Source: a virus (taxonomy: Duplodnaviria > Caudoviricetes). From it: 43,898 bases of DNA. A program made the position numbers and the translations under genes. The stretch spans positions 1 through 43,898 of IMG/VR virus record IMGVR_UViG_3300037350_000014. One strand, given 5' to 3'. Positions 21,972-32,152 of this stretch are shown in pieces (within the stretch, counting starts at the first letter, position 1; each line of letters opens with the position of its first letter). Below the pieces are notes generated by a model. That model was not told the origin of the DNA. It did not search any database and worked only from the letters and a program-made list of their open reading frames with translations.

Positions 21972-22685
21972 ATGGCTACCCGCTTCATCGCCTCCGTTCC
22001 CAACGCCGCAGCCGTCGCTGATGCCATCTCCGCGCTTCCAGGTGTGTGCGGCATCGTCTATCAGGAAGACGTCCAGGCGATCGTCCTCATCGACGCCGCT
22101 GGCAACCAGCAGACGCTTGGCGCTGGTGGCACGCCTGCTGGCATCGGCCTCGCGCACAACAAGCTCATCGTCGGCAGCTCTGGTAACGTCGGAACTGCCG
22201 TCACGCAGAGCGGCGACGTGTCCATGTCCGACACCGGAGTCTTCGCGATCGGTGCGAAGAAGGTACTCTCGACGATGCTGGCCGATTCGGTGCTGCACGT
22301 CGATGAAGTGGATCTCTCCGCAGCCGACATCATCGCGCTCCACGCATCACCGAAGACGATCGTCTCGGCCCCAGGCGCAGGAAAGGCGGTCGTCATCGAC
22401 TCGATCATCTTCTCGATGACGTACGGCACCACGCAGTTCACTGGCGGCGGTGTCGTGCAGGCGCAGTACCACACCGACACGGCCAACTTGCTCAACTCCA
22501 CCGTCTCCGACACGTCGATCAAGGCCGCGGCGAGCTTCGCTGTGCAGATCGGGCGTGCGTCCACGGCCAGCGGTGTTGTTCTGCTTGGCAACCTCGCAGT
22601 CGAACTCATTGCGGCCTCGGCGAACTTCGCGGCTGGCGATTCGACCGCCAAGGTGTTCGTCGCCTACCGCATCGTCACGCTGTAA
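21972..22685 (+). CDS. Structural protein (decoration or short fibre)
   Basis: AAGGAG SD; fibre-like SGDVSMSDTG segment and LHASP..IVSAPGAGK..AAGDS C-domain. Confidence 0.6.
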   Translation: MATRFIASVPNAAAVADAISALPGVCGIVYQEDVQAIVLIDAAGNQQTLGAGGTPAGIGLAHNKLIVGSSGNVGTAVTQSGDVSMSDTGVFAIGAKKVLSTMLADSVLHVDEVDLSAADIIALHASPKTIVSAPGAGKAVVIDSIIFSMTYGTTQFTGGGVVQAQYHTDTANLLNSTVSDTSIKAAASFAVQIGRASTASGVVLLGNLAVELIAASANFAAGDSTAKVFVAYRIVTL

Positions 22686-22697
22686 CGGAGGGCCGAC

Positions 22698-23102
22698 ATG
22701 GACGGCTACAAGTTCCAACGGCGCTTCTATCAGGACGTCTCCGGTTCCAAGATCGTCGGAACAGCGGACGCAGGTCCGTTCACGCTCGCGGCCGGTCGAG
22801 CCGGTCACACGATCTACCTTCAGTCGGCCGTCGCGTACGTCACGACCGATGCCGCGCAGTCACTCACGCTTCAGGACTCGAACGGGACGCCGCTCGTCGT
22901 CGCTGAAGTCACGGCCAGCCCCGGCGATCAGACGCGGTGGGACTTCGACTTCGGGTCCGAGGGTCAGCCGCTCACCGAGGGCAAAGATCTCACGGTTGCT
23001 CTCTCCGGCGCCGGGCTCGGCGTCAACCTCGTCTTCCTCGCGTACATCAAGCCGACATCGACACTGGTCGCCAACGTGGCTGGCGTGAAGGGTTCCCTGT
23101 AA
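22698..23102 (+). CDS. Putative structural protein
   Basis: GGAGG SD; beta-rich; TAATG-coupled to the next gene. Confidence 0.6.
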   Translation: MDGYKFQRRFYQDVSGSKIVGTADAGPFTLAAGRAGHTIYLQSAVAYVTTDAAQSLTLQDSNGTPLVVAEVTASPGDQTRWDFDFGSEGQPLTEGKDLTVALSGAGLGVNLVFLAYIKPTSTLVANVAGVKGSL

Positions 23103-24859
23103 TGGCAACGCGGATCGGCACGACGACCGGCGTCGTCCAATCCGTCACGCATGGGGGCACGGTCGTCCAACTACGTGGCGGCGGCGGATCGAGCAGTCCG
23201 TGGACACGGCCGGCCGGATGGGTCGCGATTCCCTCAATCGCGCCTGGCTCCGAAGTGATGTACGGCTTGGTGGCCGTCTACAACAACGAGGGAAACTATC
23301 TCGCGCTCTGTGTCAACGGGCTTGGGGCAATCGCGACATCCTCGAAGGGGTCCGGTGGATCTGGCTATGCCGTGAACGACACGGGGACCATCGCCGCACC
23401 TCACGGTGGAACGGTCGCCACATACAAGGTGCTCACCGTCGATGGCGGCGGCGCAGTCCTCACGTACAGCATCACGGCCGCTGGATTACAGTACGCGGTC
23501 GCAAACGGCGTAGCGACGGCGACGGGAGGCGCACAGGCTGGCGTTGGCACGGGCCTCACTCTGAACGTGCTCACCGTCACGCATGGTGGTGGGTATCACG
23601 TCGTGTGGGGCGATGGAACCTCAGAGAACGTCGCGGCCGGTGTCGTCGCCGAGCATCAGTACGATTACGCCAACGTCTCGAACCTCGTGACAGTCAACGG
23701 CGTCTCGTACCGTCAGGCGCTCGTGACCGTGACGCCGCAGTCGATCCAACACATCACCTCGATCGATCTCCAGAAGCGTCACTCGGCGCTCGCGGCCTTG
23801 ACGACGCCGCAGAACACGCCGTGGCTTGAAGTGTCGGTCAACGGATCGAACCTCAAGACGTTGGTCGTCTCTGATGGCACGGTCGATGAAGCTACTGTCA
23901 AGGTCGTGTTCAATTCGATCCAGCAGTTCACGATTGGCGAGAACGTGATCGTGGACCTGTCCTATCAGTTGTGTGGACAGGTGTCCTCTCTTACGCGCTT
24001 GTCGGCGCTCGAATCGTTCGTCGGAGGTGACTTTCCGTCACTAACGGACGCCTACTACGCATGGTCGGGCTGTGCCGCATTGCGAACATGGTCCGGTGGC
24101 GATTTCCCAGTTCTCACCGATGCGCCGAATGCGTGGTACTCCAATTACGCGATGGAATCGTGGACATGTGGCGATCTCAGCGCACTTGAAAACGGCTCCT
24201 CTGCGTGGTCGGGCTGCCCGTCACTTCTTTCATGGTCGAGCGGAGATTTCCCAGCCCTCACGACGGTTGCGGCTGCGTGGAATGGATGCAGTAGCCTTCG
24301 GACCTGGGAGGCCGGCGACTTTCCGGCGCTCACTGACGCTTCAAACGCATGGGGCGGTTGTTCATCATTGCAGTCGTGGGTTGGTGGAGATTTCCCCCTA
24401 CTCACGACACTGAACGCCGCATGGAATAGTTGCTACTCGCTTCAGTTATGGGTCGGCGGCGACTTCGCTCTGGTCTCAGATATATCCTCGGCATGGGCCA
24501 CCTGTCCCGCCTTGCAGTCATGGGTCGGAGGAAATTTCCCTGCTGTCACCAACGCGGATGCAGCATGGAATGCCGACAGTTCCCTCCAACTTCTGTCAAT
24601 CGGCACGCTGACGGTGCTGGCGAGCGTGGTCAATACATGGGTCGGGTGCTTGTCTATGCAGTCGTTCGTCGCGCCTGTTCCCGTGACGTTCACGGTCGCG
24701 AATTGTGCGCTAGGTCGCGCCGCAATTGTCGAGCTATTTACCACGCTTCCGACCATCGTAGGCCAAACCGTGACGGTCACTGGCAACTATGGCAGTGCCG
24801 CACTCAGCGCGCCCGATCTCGCCATCGCCACCGGAAAGGGCTGGACCGTCGTCCAATAA
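23102..24859 (+). CDS. BspA/DUF285-like leucine-rich-repeat virion surface protein
   Basis: WTRPAGW N-motif, PKD-like WGDG, nine 24-aa repeats, C-cap IATGKGWTV. Confidence 0.75.
   Translation: MATRIGTTTGVVQSVTHGGTVVQLRGGGGSSSPWTRPAGWVAIPSIAPGSEVMYGLVAVYNNEGNYLALCVNGLGAIATSSKGSGGSGYAVNDTGTIAAPHGGTVATYKVLTVDGGGAVLTYSITAAGLQYAVANGVATATGGAQAGVGTGLTLNVLTVTHGGGYHVVWGDGTSENVAAGVVAEHQYDYANVSNLVTVNGVSYRQALVTVTPQSIQHITSIDLQKRHSALAALTTPQNTPWLEVSVNGSNLKTLVVSDGTVDEATVKVVFNSIQQFTIGENVIVDLSYQLCGQVSSLTRLSALESFVGGDFPSLTDAYYAWSGCAALRTWSGGDFPVLTDAPNAWYSNYAMESWTCGDLSALENGSSAWSGCPSLLSWSSGDFPALTTVAAAWNGCSSLRTWEAGDFPALTDASNAWGGCSSLQSWVGGDFPLLTTLNAAWNSCYSLQLWVGGDFALVSDISSAWATCPALQSWVGGNFPAVTNADAAWNADSSLQLLSIGTLTVLASVVNTWVGCLSMQSFVAPVPVTFTVANCALGRAAIVELFTTLPTIVGQTVTVTGNYGSAALSAPDLAIATGKGWTVVQ
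24059..24670 (+). repeat. Nine 72-nt (24-aa) degenerate coding repeats
   Basis: TGG (Trp) codons at exact 72-nt spacing from 24062 to 24638; consensus AWxGCxSLxSWxGGDFPxLTxxxx. Confidence 0.85.
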
Positions 24860-24862
24860 TCC

Positions 24863-25600
24863 ATGTCCACCACGATCGACACGATCGTCGCACGTGCACG
24901 AACGCAACTGCTGGAACCCACGGCAAAGTTCTGGTCAGACGCGGAATTGCTCGCGCACGGGAACTCGGCCGCGCACGATCTCTGGAAGGGCATCATCGAT
25001 CTCTACCAGGATCACTTCGTCACGATCGACACGACAAGCATGACGCTTTCGAGTTCGACTGGTGACGTGACTGGCGTGCCGGCCGATTTGTTCCGCGTTC
25101 ACATGGTGCAGCCGCGCGTACTTGGACGAAACTCCGTGAACCAAAGTCTCATCTTTCAGCCGCGCACGCTCACGCATCCAGACTACGTGCAGGCGCAGGC
25201 GGCACGTCCGCGCAATCCGCAGTGGAACACGCTGTACTACGCGACGATCAACGCGGGCGCTCCGGTCGCGGCCCCGGCGATCAAGGTGCGCCCGTTCGTC
25301 ACGTCCGACGTGCCGCTTGAAGTCTGGTATATCCCCACGCTCGCTCCGATGACACTCAACACGTCCACGCCGAACCCGATCCCCGGCCAGTCCGACAAGG
25401 CGATCGAGTCGTACATCATCGCGTTCGCGCGCACGAAGGAACGCGAGGACCGTTCACCGGACCCAGAGCACTTGAGTATCTACGCTACCGAGAAGCGCAA
25501 CCTCCTCGTCGCCCTCACGCCGCGCTCCGACCAAGAACCCGAAGTCGTCGAATCCTTCTGGAAGGACGAGCAATCCTCGGATGGTTATGGGAGCATGTAG
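24863..25600 (+). CDS. Head-tail adaptor (tail tubular A / gp11-like)
   Basis: MSTTIDTIVARART..FWSDAELL..N..LW motif typical of podovirus adaptors. Confidence 0.65.
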   Translation: MSTTIDTIVARARTQLLEPTAKFWSDAELLAHGNSAAHDLWKGIIDLYQDHFVTIDTTSMTLSSSTGDVTGVPADLFRVHMVQPRVLGRNSVNQSLIFQPRTLTHPDYVQAQAARPRNPQWNTLYYATINAGAPVAAPAIKVRPFVTSDVPLEVWYIPTLAPMTLNTSTPNPIPGQSDKAIESYIIAFARTKEREDRSPDPEHLSIYATEKRNLLVALTPRSDQEPEVVESFWKDEQSSDGYGSM

Positions 25601-25603
25601 CGC

Positions 25604-26926
25604 GTGGCGACCGAGCTTCCCGAATACGCCGTAGGTTCTCAGGGCGTCAACATCGTCGCCAGCCCCATCCACACGCCCACGGGTGGACTCCTCACCGCCG
25701 AGAACGTCGAGTTCATCCGCGAGTCAGGCATCGGCGGCATCGGATCGCGCCGCGGGATGGCCCCACTGAACGCCGGCGCGGCGCTTGCCGGATCGGTCCT
25801 GTCTCTCGCCAATATCCCGCTCACGTTCCCCGGCGTCATCGAACTGATGGTGGGCCTTGACTCCGCGACGGCGAACTCGTGGAAGACGACGCCTGACGGT
25901 GTGACGTTCACGAACATCGCGGCGACGACGCTCGAACGGCGCTCGGCCTTGAGCAAGATTCCCTCTGGCAGCGGGCCAGGCTCGATCTCGATCGGCCAGC
26001 GGTGCGCGTCGTTCAAGGGCGCGTTCTACTTCCCAGGCGACAACTACACGCAGGGCACGACCGCCCCGCCTGTGGTGCGGTGGGACGGCGTGACTGCCTA
26101 CGAGCAGTTCCGCGTCCCGAACAACCCGACGTCCGACGAAGTTCCGCTGTGGATTTCCGACTTCTGGGTTGCAGACGGCATCGTGTACTTCGCGGTGTGG
26201 GATCACGGCGGCTCGGCTCCGAATCACAAGGGCCGAGTGATGTCATTCGATCCGTCGAATGGCTCACTCGCGCAGATCGCGAATGCGTTCGGTGATGGCA
26301 GTGGTGAGAACACGAAGGGATTCCCGTTCTGCCTGACGAGCGCGTTCGGATACCTCTGGGCTGGCACCTATGGAATTGCCGGGAACAATCAGGGAGGCGT
26401 GTATCGCTGCTTGCCAGGCATCGACACCGGATGGACGCTCGACCTGACGGCCACGCTGCACAACGGCTACTTCATGACGCTGGCCCCATACAACGGAAAG
26501 CTCTACGCGGGTACCGACGCGGACAGTTCTGGCACAGCGATCGTGCAGGTTCGCAACGGCACGGGAACGTGGAGCACGTCGTTCACGGCTCCGTCTGCCG
26601 CGCAGTCGTACTTCGCCGGGTTGATCGTGTTCAACAACCTACTGTTCTGCGCGTGGTATCAGGGTGGCGGAAGCCCGGCGTGCCTGATCAAGATGTTCGA
26701 CGGGTCCACATGGACGACCGACCTCGACGTGCTCGGCACGTACTCAAATCGGTTTCCGGGGATGCCGTTCATATTCGGCGGTGCGCTCTACTGGCCGTTC
26801 ATTGACGGGTCCGGTGGCGGATCGACCGGGTTCCTGTTGAAGCGCACGACTGGCGGCGTCTGGTCACAGCCGATCGCTGCGGCGGGACTGGCTGGCTGTC
26901 TCGGCACGTTCATTCCCAAGAGTTGA
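25604..26926 (+). CDS. Tail protein: nozzle-like N-terminal segment plus beta-propeller
   Basis: GVN..SP..AENVEF..G.GSRRG N-terminus; repeated FKGAFYF / YNGKLYAGT / FNNLLF blades; GTG start. Confidence 0.6.
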   Translation: MATELPEYAVGSQGVNIVASPIHTPTGGLLTAENVEFIRESGIGGIGSRRGMAPLNAGAALAGSVLSLANIPLTFPGVIELMVGLDSATANSWKTTPDGVTFTNIAATTLERRSALSKIPSGSGPGSISIGQRCASFKGAFYFPGDNYTQGTTAPPVVRWDGVTAYEQFRVPNNPTSDEVPLWISDFWVADGIVYFAVWDHGGSAPNHKGRVMSFDPSNGSLAQIANAFGDGSGENTKGFPFCLTSAFGYLWAGTYGIAGNNQGGVYRCLPGIDTGWTLDLTATLHNGYFMTLAPYNGKLYAGTDADSSGTAIVQVRNGTGTWSTSFTAPSAAQSYFAGLIVFNNLLFCAWYQGGGSPACLIKMFDGSTWTTDLDVLGTYSNRFPGMPFIFGGALYWPFIDGSGGGSTGFLLKRTTGGVWSQPIAAAGLAGCLGTFIPKS

Positions 26927-26929
26927 CCG

Positions 26930-28552
26930 ATGTTTGCGATTGCCCAAGCTGGATCATCGCTTCAGGTCATCAAGACCGATGGCACCGTGCAGACGCTCAC
27001 GCTCCCCGCTGGCGTGACGATCGATCCAACCGTGCGCGGCATGTTCGCGGTGCTCGCGCGGCAAATCCTGTTCTCGTGCGCGGGATCGATCAATCTCTGG
27101 ATCGATCCGTTCGACTTCACCGTGAGGCCGATGAGCATTCAGGCGCCACTAAGCGCGCCGACCGTTGCGGCGGGTTCTGGGGCCGGACTCACGGGCGCGT
27201 ACTCGACGGCGGTATCGTTCGGCGTCAAGGATCAGGCTGGCACGCTGGTTAACCAATCGCCGCTCTCGCCGACGTCGGCCCCACTCACCGTCGCGAACAA
27301 AGACCTCGTACTCACGCTCATTCCGATCTCCACCGACACGAACGTGAACTGCCGCATCCTGTACCGCACCGCAGCGAATGGGACCGTGCTGTTTCAGTGG
27401 CTCGTACTCGACGACAACACGACGACGACGATCGACGACGCGATGCCCGACAAGTCGCTGTCGCTCCTTCCGAGCAGTCCATCGCTCGGCGTGCCGCCTG
27501 GCGCGATTCCCGGCACGTTCTTTCAGTGGATCGTGCAGTGGAAGGATCGCCTGTGGGCCGTCTCGACGGCGGCTGACGAACGCGACGACGCGCTGTTCAC
27601 GGAAGCTGGTCAGTTCTACGCATGGGCTGCTGAGAACTCTTTGCCGGCGTATCCGAAGGGCGAAGATGCGTTCGGTATCGTTGGTGGCGCTGCGAGGCGT
27701 GATGCGCTCGGACTCCTGAAGCGCAACCGCGTCCTGAAAGTGATCGGGTCCAGCCCGGCCGACTTCCAAGTCGTCATCGTCGCGGAGAACGCCGGCTGCA
27801 TCGCCCGTGACTCAGTGGTCGTCATTCGCGACGTCGCATACTGGCTCGGCGTCGATGGCGTCTACAGGTGGGACGACAACGGTGTCATCTGCCTCTCGCG
27901 CTCGAAGGTGGACCCGTGGTTCACGACCGACACGTTTTTCAACAAGGCGCGATTCCAGTTCGCGTTCGCCGGATGGGACCCACTCAACAACACGTACGAT
28001 TTGTCGCTGGCTGCGGCGGGATCGTCGGTAGAGGATCGCGTGGTCAAGTACGCGATCGATCAGGACGAATGGCTCGGACCTGATTCGACGTCAGCGTTCA
28101 CGCCGACCGCTCGGGCGCTGCTCTATGACGCCGACGACAATTTGCTCCCATCGATCGGCGGATCTGACGGTTACGTGTACCTGAAGAATCAGTCCACGCC
28201 GACCGACGTATCGGGCGCTGCGGTGTCCCACGCGATTCACTCGAAACTGAGCACGAAGTGGCTCTCGGGTAACGCGCCTGACATCACCCACTACTGGGGC
28301 CAGTTGTCGGTGCTATTCCGCAAGGAGTCTGGCGGCACGCTCACGATCACGCCGTACCTTGGAGATTCGCCTGACAATGGCACTTCCGGCACGCCGTTCT
28401 CGGTAGACCTGACCTCAGTGGGTCGTCTTCGCCTCGATCGAATCGGCGTTGGCGCGCTGACTCGGCTGCTCTATGAAACCAACACGGCTGGCGTGGGATG
28501 GTTGCTCTACGGCTACGAGATCAATCCGGTCTTTGAAGTCGGCCGACGATGA
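26930..28552 (+). CDS. Tail nozzle / stabilisation protein (P22 gp10, tail tubular B-like)
   Basis: WKDRLW, GCIARDSVV..AYWLG.DGVYRWD, DGYVY and typical C-terminal beta strands. Confidence 0.7.
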   Translation: MFAIAQAGSSLQVIKTDGTVQTLTLPAGVTIDPTVRGMFAVLARQILFSCAGSINLWIDPFDFTVRPMSIQAPLSAPTVAAGSGAGLTGAYSTAVSFGVKDQAGTLVNQSPLSPTSAPLTVANKDLVLTLIPISTDTNVNCRILYRTAANGTVLFQWLVLDDNTTTTIDDAMPDKSLSLLPSSPSLGVPPGAIPGTFFQWIVQWKDRLWAVSTAADERDDALFTEAGQFYAWAAENSLPAYPKGEDAFGIVGGAARRDALGLLKRNRVLKVIGSSPADFQVVIVAENAGCIARDSVVVIRDVAYWLGVDGVYRWDDNGVICLSRSKVDPWFTTDTFFNKARFQFAFAGWDPLNNTYDLSLAAAGSSVEDRVVKYAIDQDEWLGPDSTSAFTPTARALLYDADDNLLPSIGGSDGYVYLKNQSTPTDVSGAAVSHAIHSKLSTKWLSGNAPDITHYWGQLSVLFRKESGGTLTITPYLGDSPDNGTSGTPFSVDLTSVGRLRLDRIGVGALTRLLYETNTAGVGWLLYGYEINPVFEVGRR

Positions 28553-30195
28553 GTGATCTCACGTACGCGCTGCCGTACCCGATCCCGCGCGACTGGTCGC
28601 CACGCGCCGCGCAGTCCATCGAAGACAACCTCCGCCGCGTCTTTCAACTGCTCTCCTCGCTGAACGAGTCCGGTGCGCTCTCGGGGAGCGGCAGCGAGAC
28701 GACCGGGAGCATTCTCGCCGGCGCACTCGCACTGTTCGCAGACTCCACCGGCAAGGTGCTCCAAGCCTCGTCTGGGACCGGGATCGTTCACGTTGCCAGC
28801 GGCGTGTACTCGGCCAGCGCCGTCACCTACCTCGACATCCAAGACGTGAGCGCGACGGCGCGCATTCTCGGACGGAAGACGGCCGGGTCGGGACCGATCG
28901 AGGAATGCACGCTCTCGAATGTGCTCGACTTCATCGGCTCGCCCGCGCAAGGCGACATCCTCTATCGCGGTGCGTCGTCGTGGGCATACCTCACGCCTGG
29001 CACCAGCGGATTCTTCCTACAGACGCAGGGAGCGAGCGCGAATCCGGTGTGGGCCGCGACGTCAGGCGGCGACGTCACGGGACAGTCTGTGTCGGTGGAT
29101 GGAGAGATCGCGCTGTTCTCCGGCACGACCGGCAAAGTCGTCAAGCGTGCGACAGGGACCGGCCTCGTGCATGTCACGTCAGGCGTGTTCTCGACCGGCA
29201 CTGCGGCCTACTCTGACATTCAGAACGTCTCAGCGACGAACCGCTTCCTCGGTCGCAAGTCCTCCGGCGCTGGCGTCATCGAGGAACTGAACCAGACCGA
29301 CGCGCTCGCGATCCTCGGATTCGCGGCGCCCGGCGATGCGATACAGACCGGCACGGGCCATCCACAGGGCGTCCTCTCTGCCGCGCATGGCAACCTGTAT
29401 CGCGACACGAACAATGGCTACCTCTACCGTAAGGTAGGAGGAGGATCGACGGCGTATGGCTGGTACCCCGAACCGACCGTGGCGCTGTCCGATGGACCCG
29501 TGCCATTTCTCGCGCTGTGCTCGGTCGCGACCGGATCTCAGATTTTCAATGGCGCGAGTGGGCACGGCGCCTTGTGGGGCACGGCCGGCGTCTCACTATT
29601 TACGGCCAACGGCGCATCGTCCGCGTCGAAGACGATCATCAGCGGCAAGCAGTTTGCCGTCGCGCAAACGGCTGGATCGGCGACAAATGTCTGCGACATC
29701 GAAACACTGAACTCCGGCAACGCGAAGTTGCTCGATGACGACGCCGACATATGGGGCTACATCGTCACGGACGGCACGGCGGTCACGAACACGCGCATTT
29801 GGTTCGGATGGACGACCGCTTCGATGACCGATACGGTCGCGGCACCCGGATACACTGGCACGACCAACCGCATCCTGATCCAGTACCTCTCGGACGGTAA
29901 CGCGGTCTGGGAGGGCGCGTGCGCCAGCTCGGCCGGCACGACCTCGCGGAGTCTGACGGCCTCGCTCGGCTCTGTGGCCGCGAACACGCGCTACAAGTTG
30001 CGGATTCGATTCGTGCGTCAGGGCACGCCGACCGTATACTTCTCAGTCAACGACGGTACCGAGATCGCGATCACGGGCGGCAACATCCCTGCGGCCGGCG
30101 CGACGTTGTTCTTCACGCTCGGCGTCGAACAGGTGAGCGGCGTGGTCGCGAAGGCGATCGGGTGGCGCGCGTTTGGAGGTTCGTTCGGATCATGA
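28549..30195 (+). CDS. Tail fibre / receptor-binding protein
   Basis: Duplicated ~60-aa shaft unit (ALF..TGKV..GTG.VHV.SGV.S..DIQ.VSAT.R.LGRK..G.G.IEE); QGDILYR; lectin-like C-domain. Confidence 0.7.
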   Translation: MSDLTYALPYPIPRDWSPRAAQSIEDNLRRVFQLLSSLNESGALSGSGSETTGSILAGALALFADSTGKVLQASSGTGIVHVASGVYSASAVTYLDIQDVSATARILGRKTAGSGPIEECTLSNVLDFIGSPAQGDILYRGASSWAYLTPGTSGFFLQTQGASANPVWAATSGGDVTGQSVSVDGEIALFSGTTGKVVKRATGTGLVHVTSGVFSTGTAAYSDIQNVSATNRFLGRKSSGAGVIEELNQTDALAILGFAAPGDAIQTGTGHPQGVLSAAHGNLYRDTNNGYLYRKVGGGSTAYGWYPEPTVALSDGPVPFLALCSVATGSQIFNGASGHGALWGTAGVSLFTANGASSASKTIISGKQFAVAQTAGSATNVCDIETLNSGNAKLLDDDADIWGYIVTDGTAVTNTRIWFGWTTASMTDTVAAPGYTGTTNRILIQYLSDGNAVWEGACASSAGTTSRSLTASLGSVAANTRYKLRIRFVRQGTPTVYFSVNDGTEIAITGGNIPAAGATLFFTLGVEQVSGVVAKAIGWRAFGGSFGS

Positions 30196-30632
30196 TTCTG
30201 ACGGCTCACTTCTCACTCGACGAGTTCACGATCTCCCAGACGGCGGCACGCGCCGGAATCGACAACACGATCCCTACCGAGTTGCTGCCGAACATCAAGC
30301 GCGTGGCTGGCGCGCTGGAGATCGTGCGCGGCGTGCTGGACGTGCCAGTGCTCATCTCGTCTGGGTACCGTTGCCCGGCGCTGAACTCGCTCGTGGGCGG
30401 AGTCCCGACGTCGGCGCACACGCGAGGGCTCGCCGCGGACTTCACCGCGCCCGCGTTCGGGACGCCGCTTCAGGTCGCGCGCAAACTCGTCGAGGAAGGG
30501 ATCGTCTGGGATCAGTTGATATACGAGTTCGGGACGTGGGTTCACTTGGGACTCGCGATCACGGATGACGCGGCTCGTCATGAGGTGCTTCAGATCGCCG
30601 TGGGCACGGGCTATCTTCCGGGGTTGCCATGA
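30192..30632 (+). CDS. Peptidase M15A-family endolysin
   Basis: HFSLDEF, ISSGYRCPALN, SAH..G.AAD, DQLIYE..WVH; ATG 30192 in an ATGA overlap. Confidence 0.9.
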   Translation: MILTAHFSLDEFTISQTAARAGIDNTIPTELLPNIKRVAGALEIVRGVLDVPVLISSGYRCPALNSLVGGVPTSAHTRGLAADFTAPAFGTPLQVARKLVEEGIVWDQLIYEFGTWVHLGLAITDDAARHEVLQIAVGTGYLPGLP

Positions 30633-32152
30633 GCAGCCTGACACTGATTCCCTCGTGCTCGTGGTGCGACGTATTCCCTGATGGGTACGCCGTCTTCGAT
30701 CCAATCGAGAACGCGATCCGCGTGCACGACGATTTGCCGGTGGATCAGGTTCGCCAGATCGGTGACGACTTTCTGTACCTCTGCGCGGATATCGACGGCA
30801 AGGGCGGTGTGTGGTGCGTCGGGCAACGCGGCACGGACGGCATGTGCCTCCTCTCGTGCCCCTCGTTCAAACTCATCGAACTTGGAATGACGTTCGGGCA
30901 ACAGGTCTGCGCGATCGTCTACGACTCGCGTGCGGAACTGATTCGAGTCGCGGCGACCGTTGGTCTGACGACCTGGACGGCATGGGCGATCGATCCAGGG
31001 ACGGAGACGGTCGTTTCGACGCAGACGAACCAGATCACGATCCAAGGCCAGATCGGCGGCACGACACAGGGTATCCTCGACTGGCCGTATCCTCGAGATC
31101 CGCGATGGACCGACTACTACCGGAGCACGACGATTGACGGCGTGACGATGCTCCTCGCGGTGTCAGCGCACAGCGGCCTCGATTCCCTCGTCGTCGGTCA
31201 GCCGGTCGTTGGACCTCCGCAAGTTTCTGGCGTCTTCGTTGAGGTGGACGGCGCGACCTTCCCGACGTCGCTATTTCTCGGACACAACCCGCTCCGCTGG
31301 CCGAAGTGCTGCGTGAATCGTGACGGCACGTACAGCGTCATCACCGCGCTCGATAAGCCCAAGTTGCAACAGGCGGCGCTCTGGCGCGGCCAGCAGTCCG
31401 AGCTTCCGGGGTATGTCGGCACCACTCCGGTCACGATCCCAGACATCCCCCCGTTCAACCATCGCGTCACCATCGCGCCGTTCTGCCAAGCGCAGCCGTT
31501 GACCGATACGAGCGGAGGCATCTTGATCCGCATCGTCGGCGAGTGGACGCAGACATGGGTGGCTGGCAATCCGTCCGTGACCGGCAATGCGTGGCCCTCC
31601 GACAAGGTGCTCGCCGGGATGTTCACGGAGAACGCGGACATCACCGCCGATCGAGTCGTGGCCGGCGCGCACAAGACTCGGATCGGGTGGCTCCACGACG
31701 GCGGTGTGCTCACGACGCTGCCGAAGGGGCTGCGTCCGTGGTGTGACGTCGTGTTTGTCGAGTGCTACCGCATCGTCGGTGAATCACTCTCCGCGTCGAT
31801 CGCTCGCTGGTGGATGAACCTGACATGGCTCCTCGGCGTGTGGACCGGCCAGATCGTCATCGTTGGCATGGGCTACCGGCAGGAGTACGTCGTCAACGGC
31901 GTCGTCTTCTACCGCTGGACCGAACAGGACATTCTCGATTGTCAGCCCGAGTACGTGCATCTCGCCAACGTGGACCCGCGCGTCATGACCGTGAGCCACT
32001 TCTGCGCGAATCGCGGAGACGCGATCGACTCCTTGCCCGAAGTGTTGCGACGGTTCATGGCCGCATCGCCTGGGCCGGCCACGCTCAACCCGGTGACGAA
32101 GCCCACCGCATTCACAACGAACGATCTGCTGCTTTTTGGAGGAGTCAACTGA
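30629..32152 (+). CDS. Large hypothetical protein in the lysis cassette
   Basis: 507-aa ORF coupled at both ends. Confidence 0.65.
   Translation: MSSLTLIPSCSWCDVFPDGYAVFDPIENAIRVHDDLPVDQVRQIGDDFLYLCADIDGKGGVWCVGQRGTDGMCLLSCPSFKLIELGMTFGQQVCAIVYDSRAELIRVAATVGLTTWTAWAIDPGTETVVSTQTNQITIQGQIGGTTQGILDWPYPRDPRWTDYYRSTTIDGVTMLLAVSAHSGLDSLVVGQPVVGPPQVSGVFVEVDGATFPTSLFLGHNPLRWPKCCVNRDGTYSVITALDKPKLQQAALWRGQQSELPGYVGTTPVTIPDIPPFNHRVTIAPFCQAQPLTDTSGGILIRIVGEWTQTWVAGNPSVTGNAWPSDKVLAGMFTENADITADRVVAGAHKTRIGWLHDGGVLTTLPKGLRPWCDVVFVECYRIVGESLSASIARWWMNLTWLLGVWTGQIVIVGMGYRQEYVVNGVVFYRWTEQDILDCQPEYVHLANVDPRVMTVSHFCANRGDAIDSLPEVLRRFMAASPGPATLNPVTKPTAFTTNDLLLFGGVN

Noticed and set aside
24059-24670. CRISPR array or DGR variable region
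   Set aside because: The repeats are degenerate in-frame coding units; no constant repeat/spacer pattern, no reverse transcriptase and no template repeat seen
23102-28552. Stop-codon reassignment (alternative genetic code)
   Set aside because: The in-frame junctions use all three stops, all three end clear genes elsewhere, each is followed by a plausible start, and no suppressor tRNA is present
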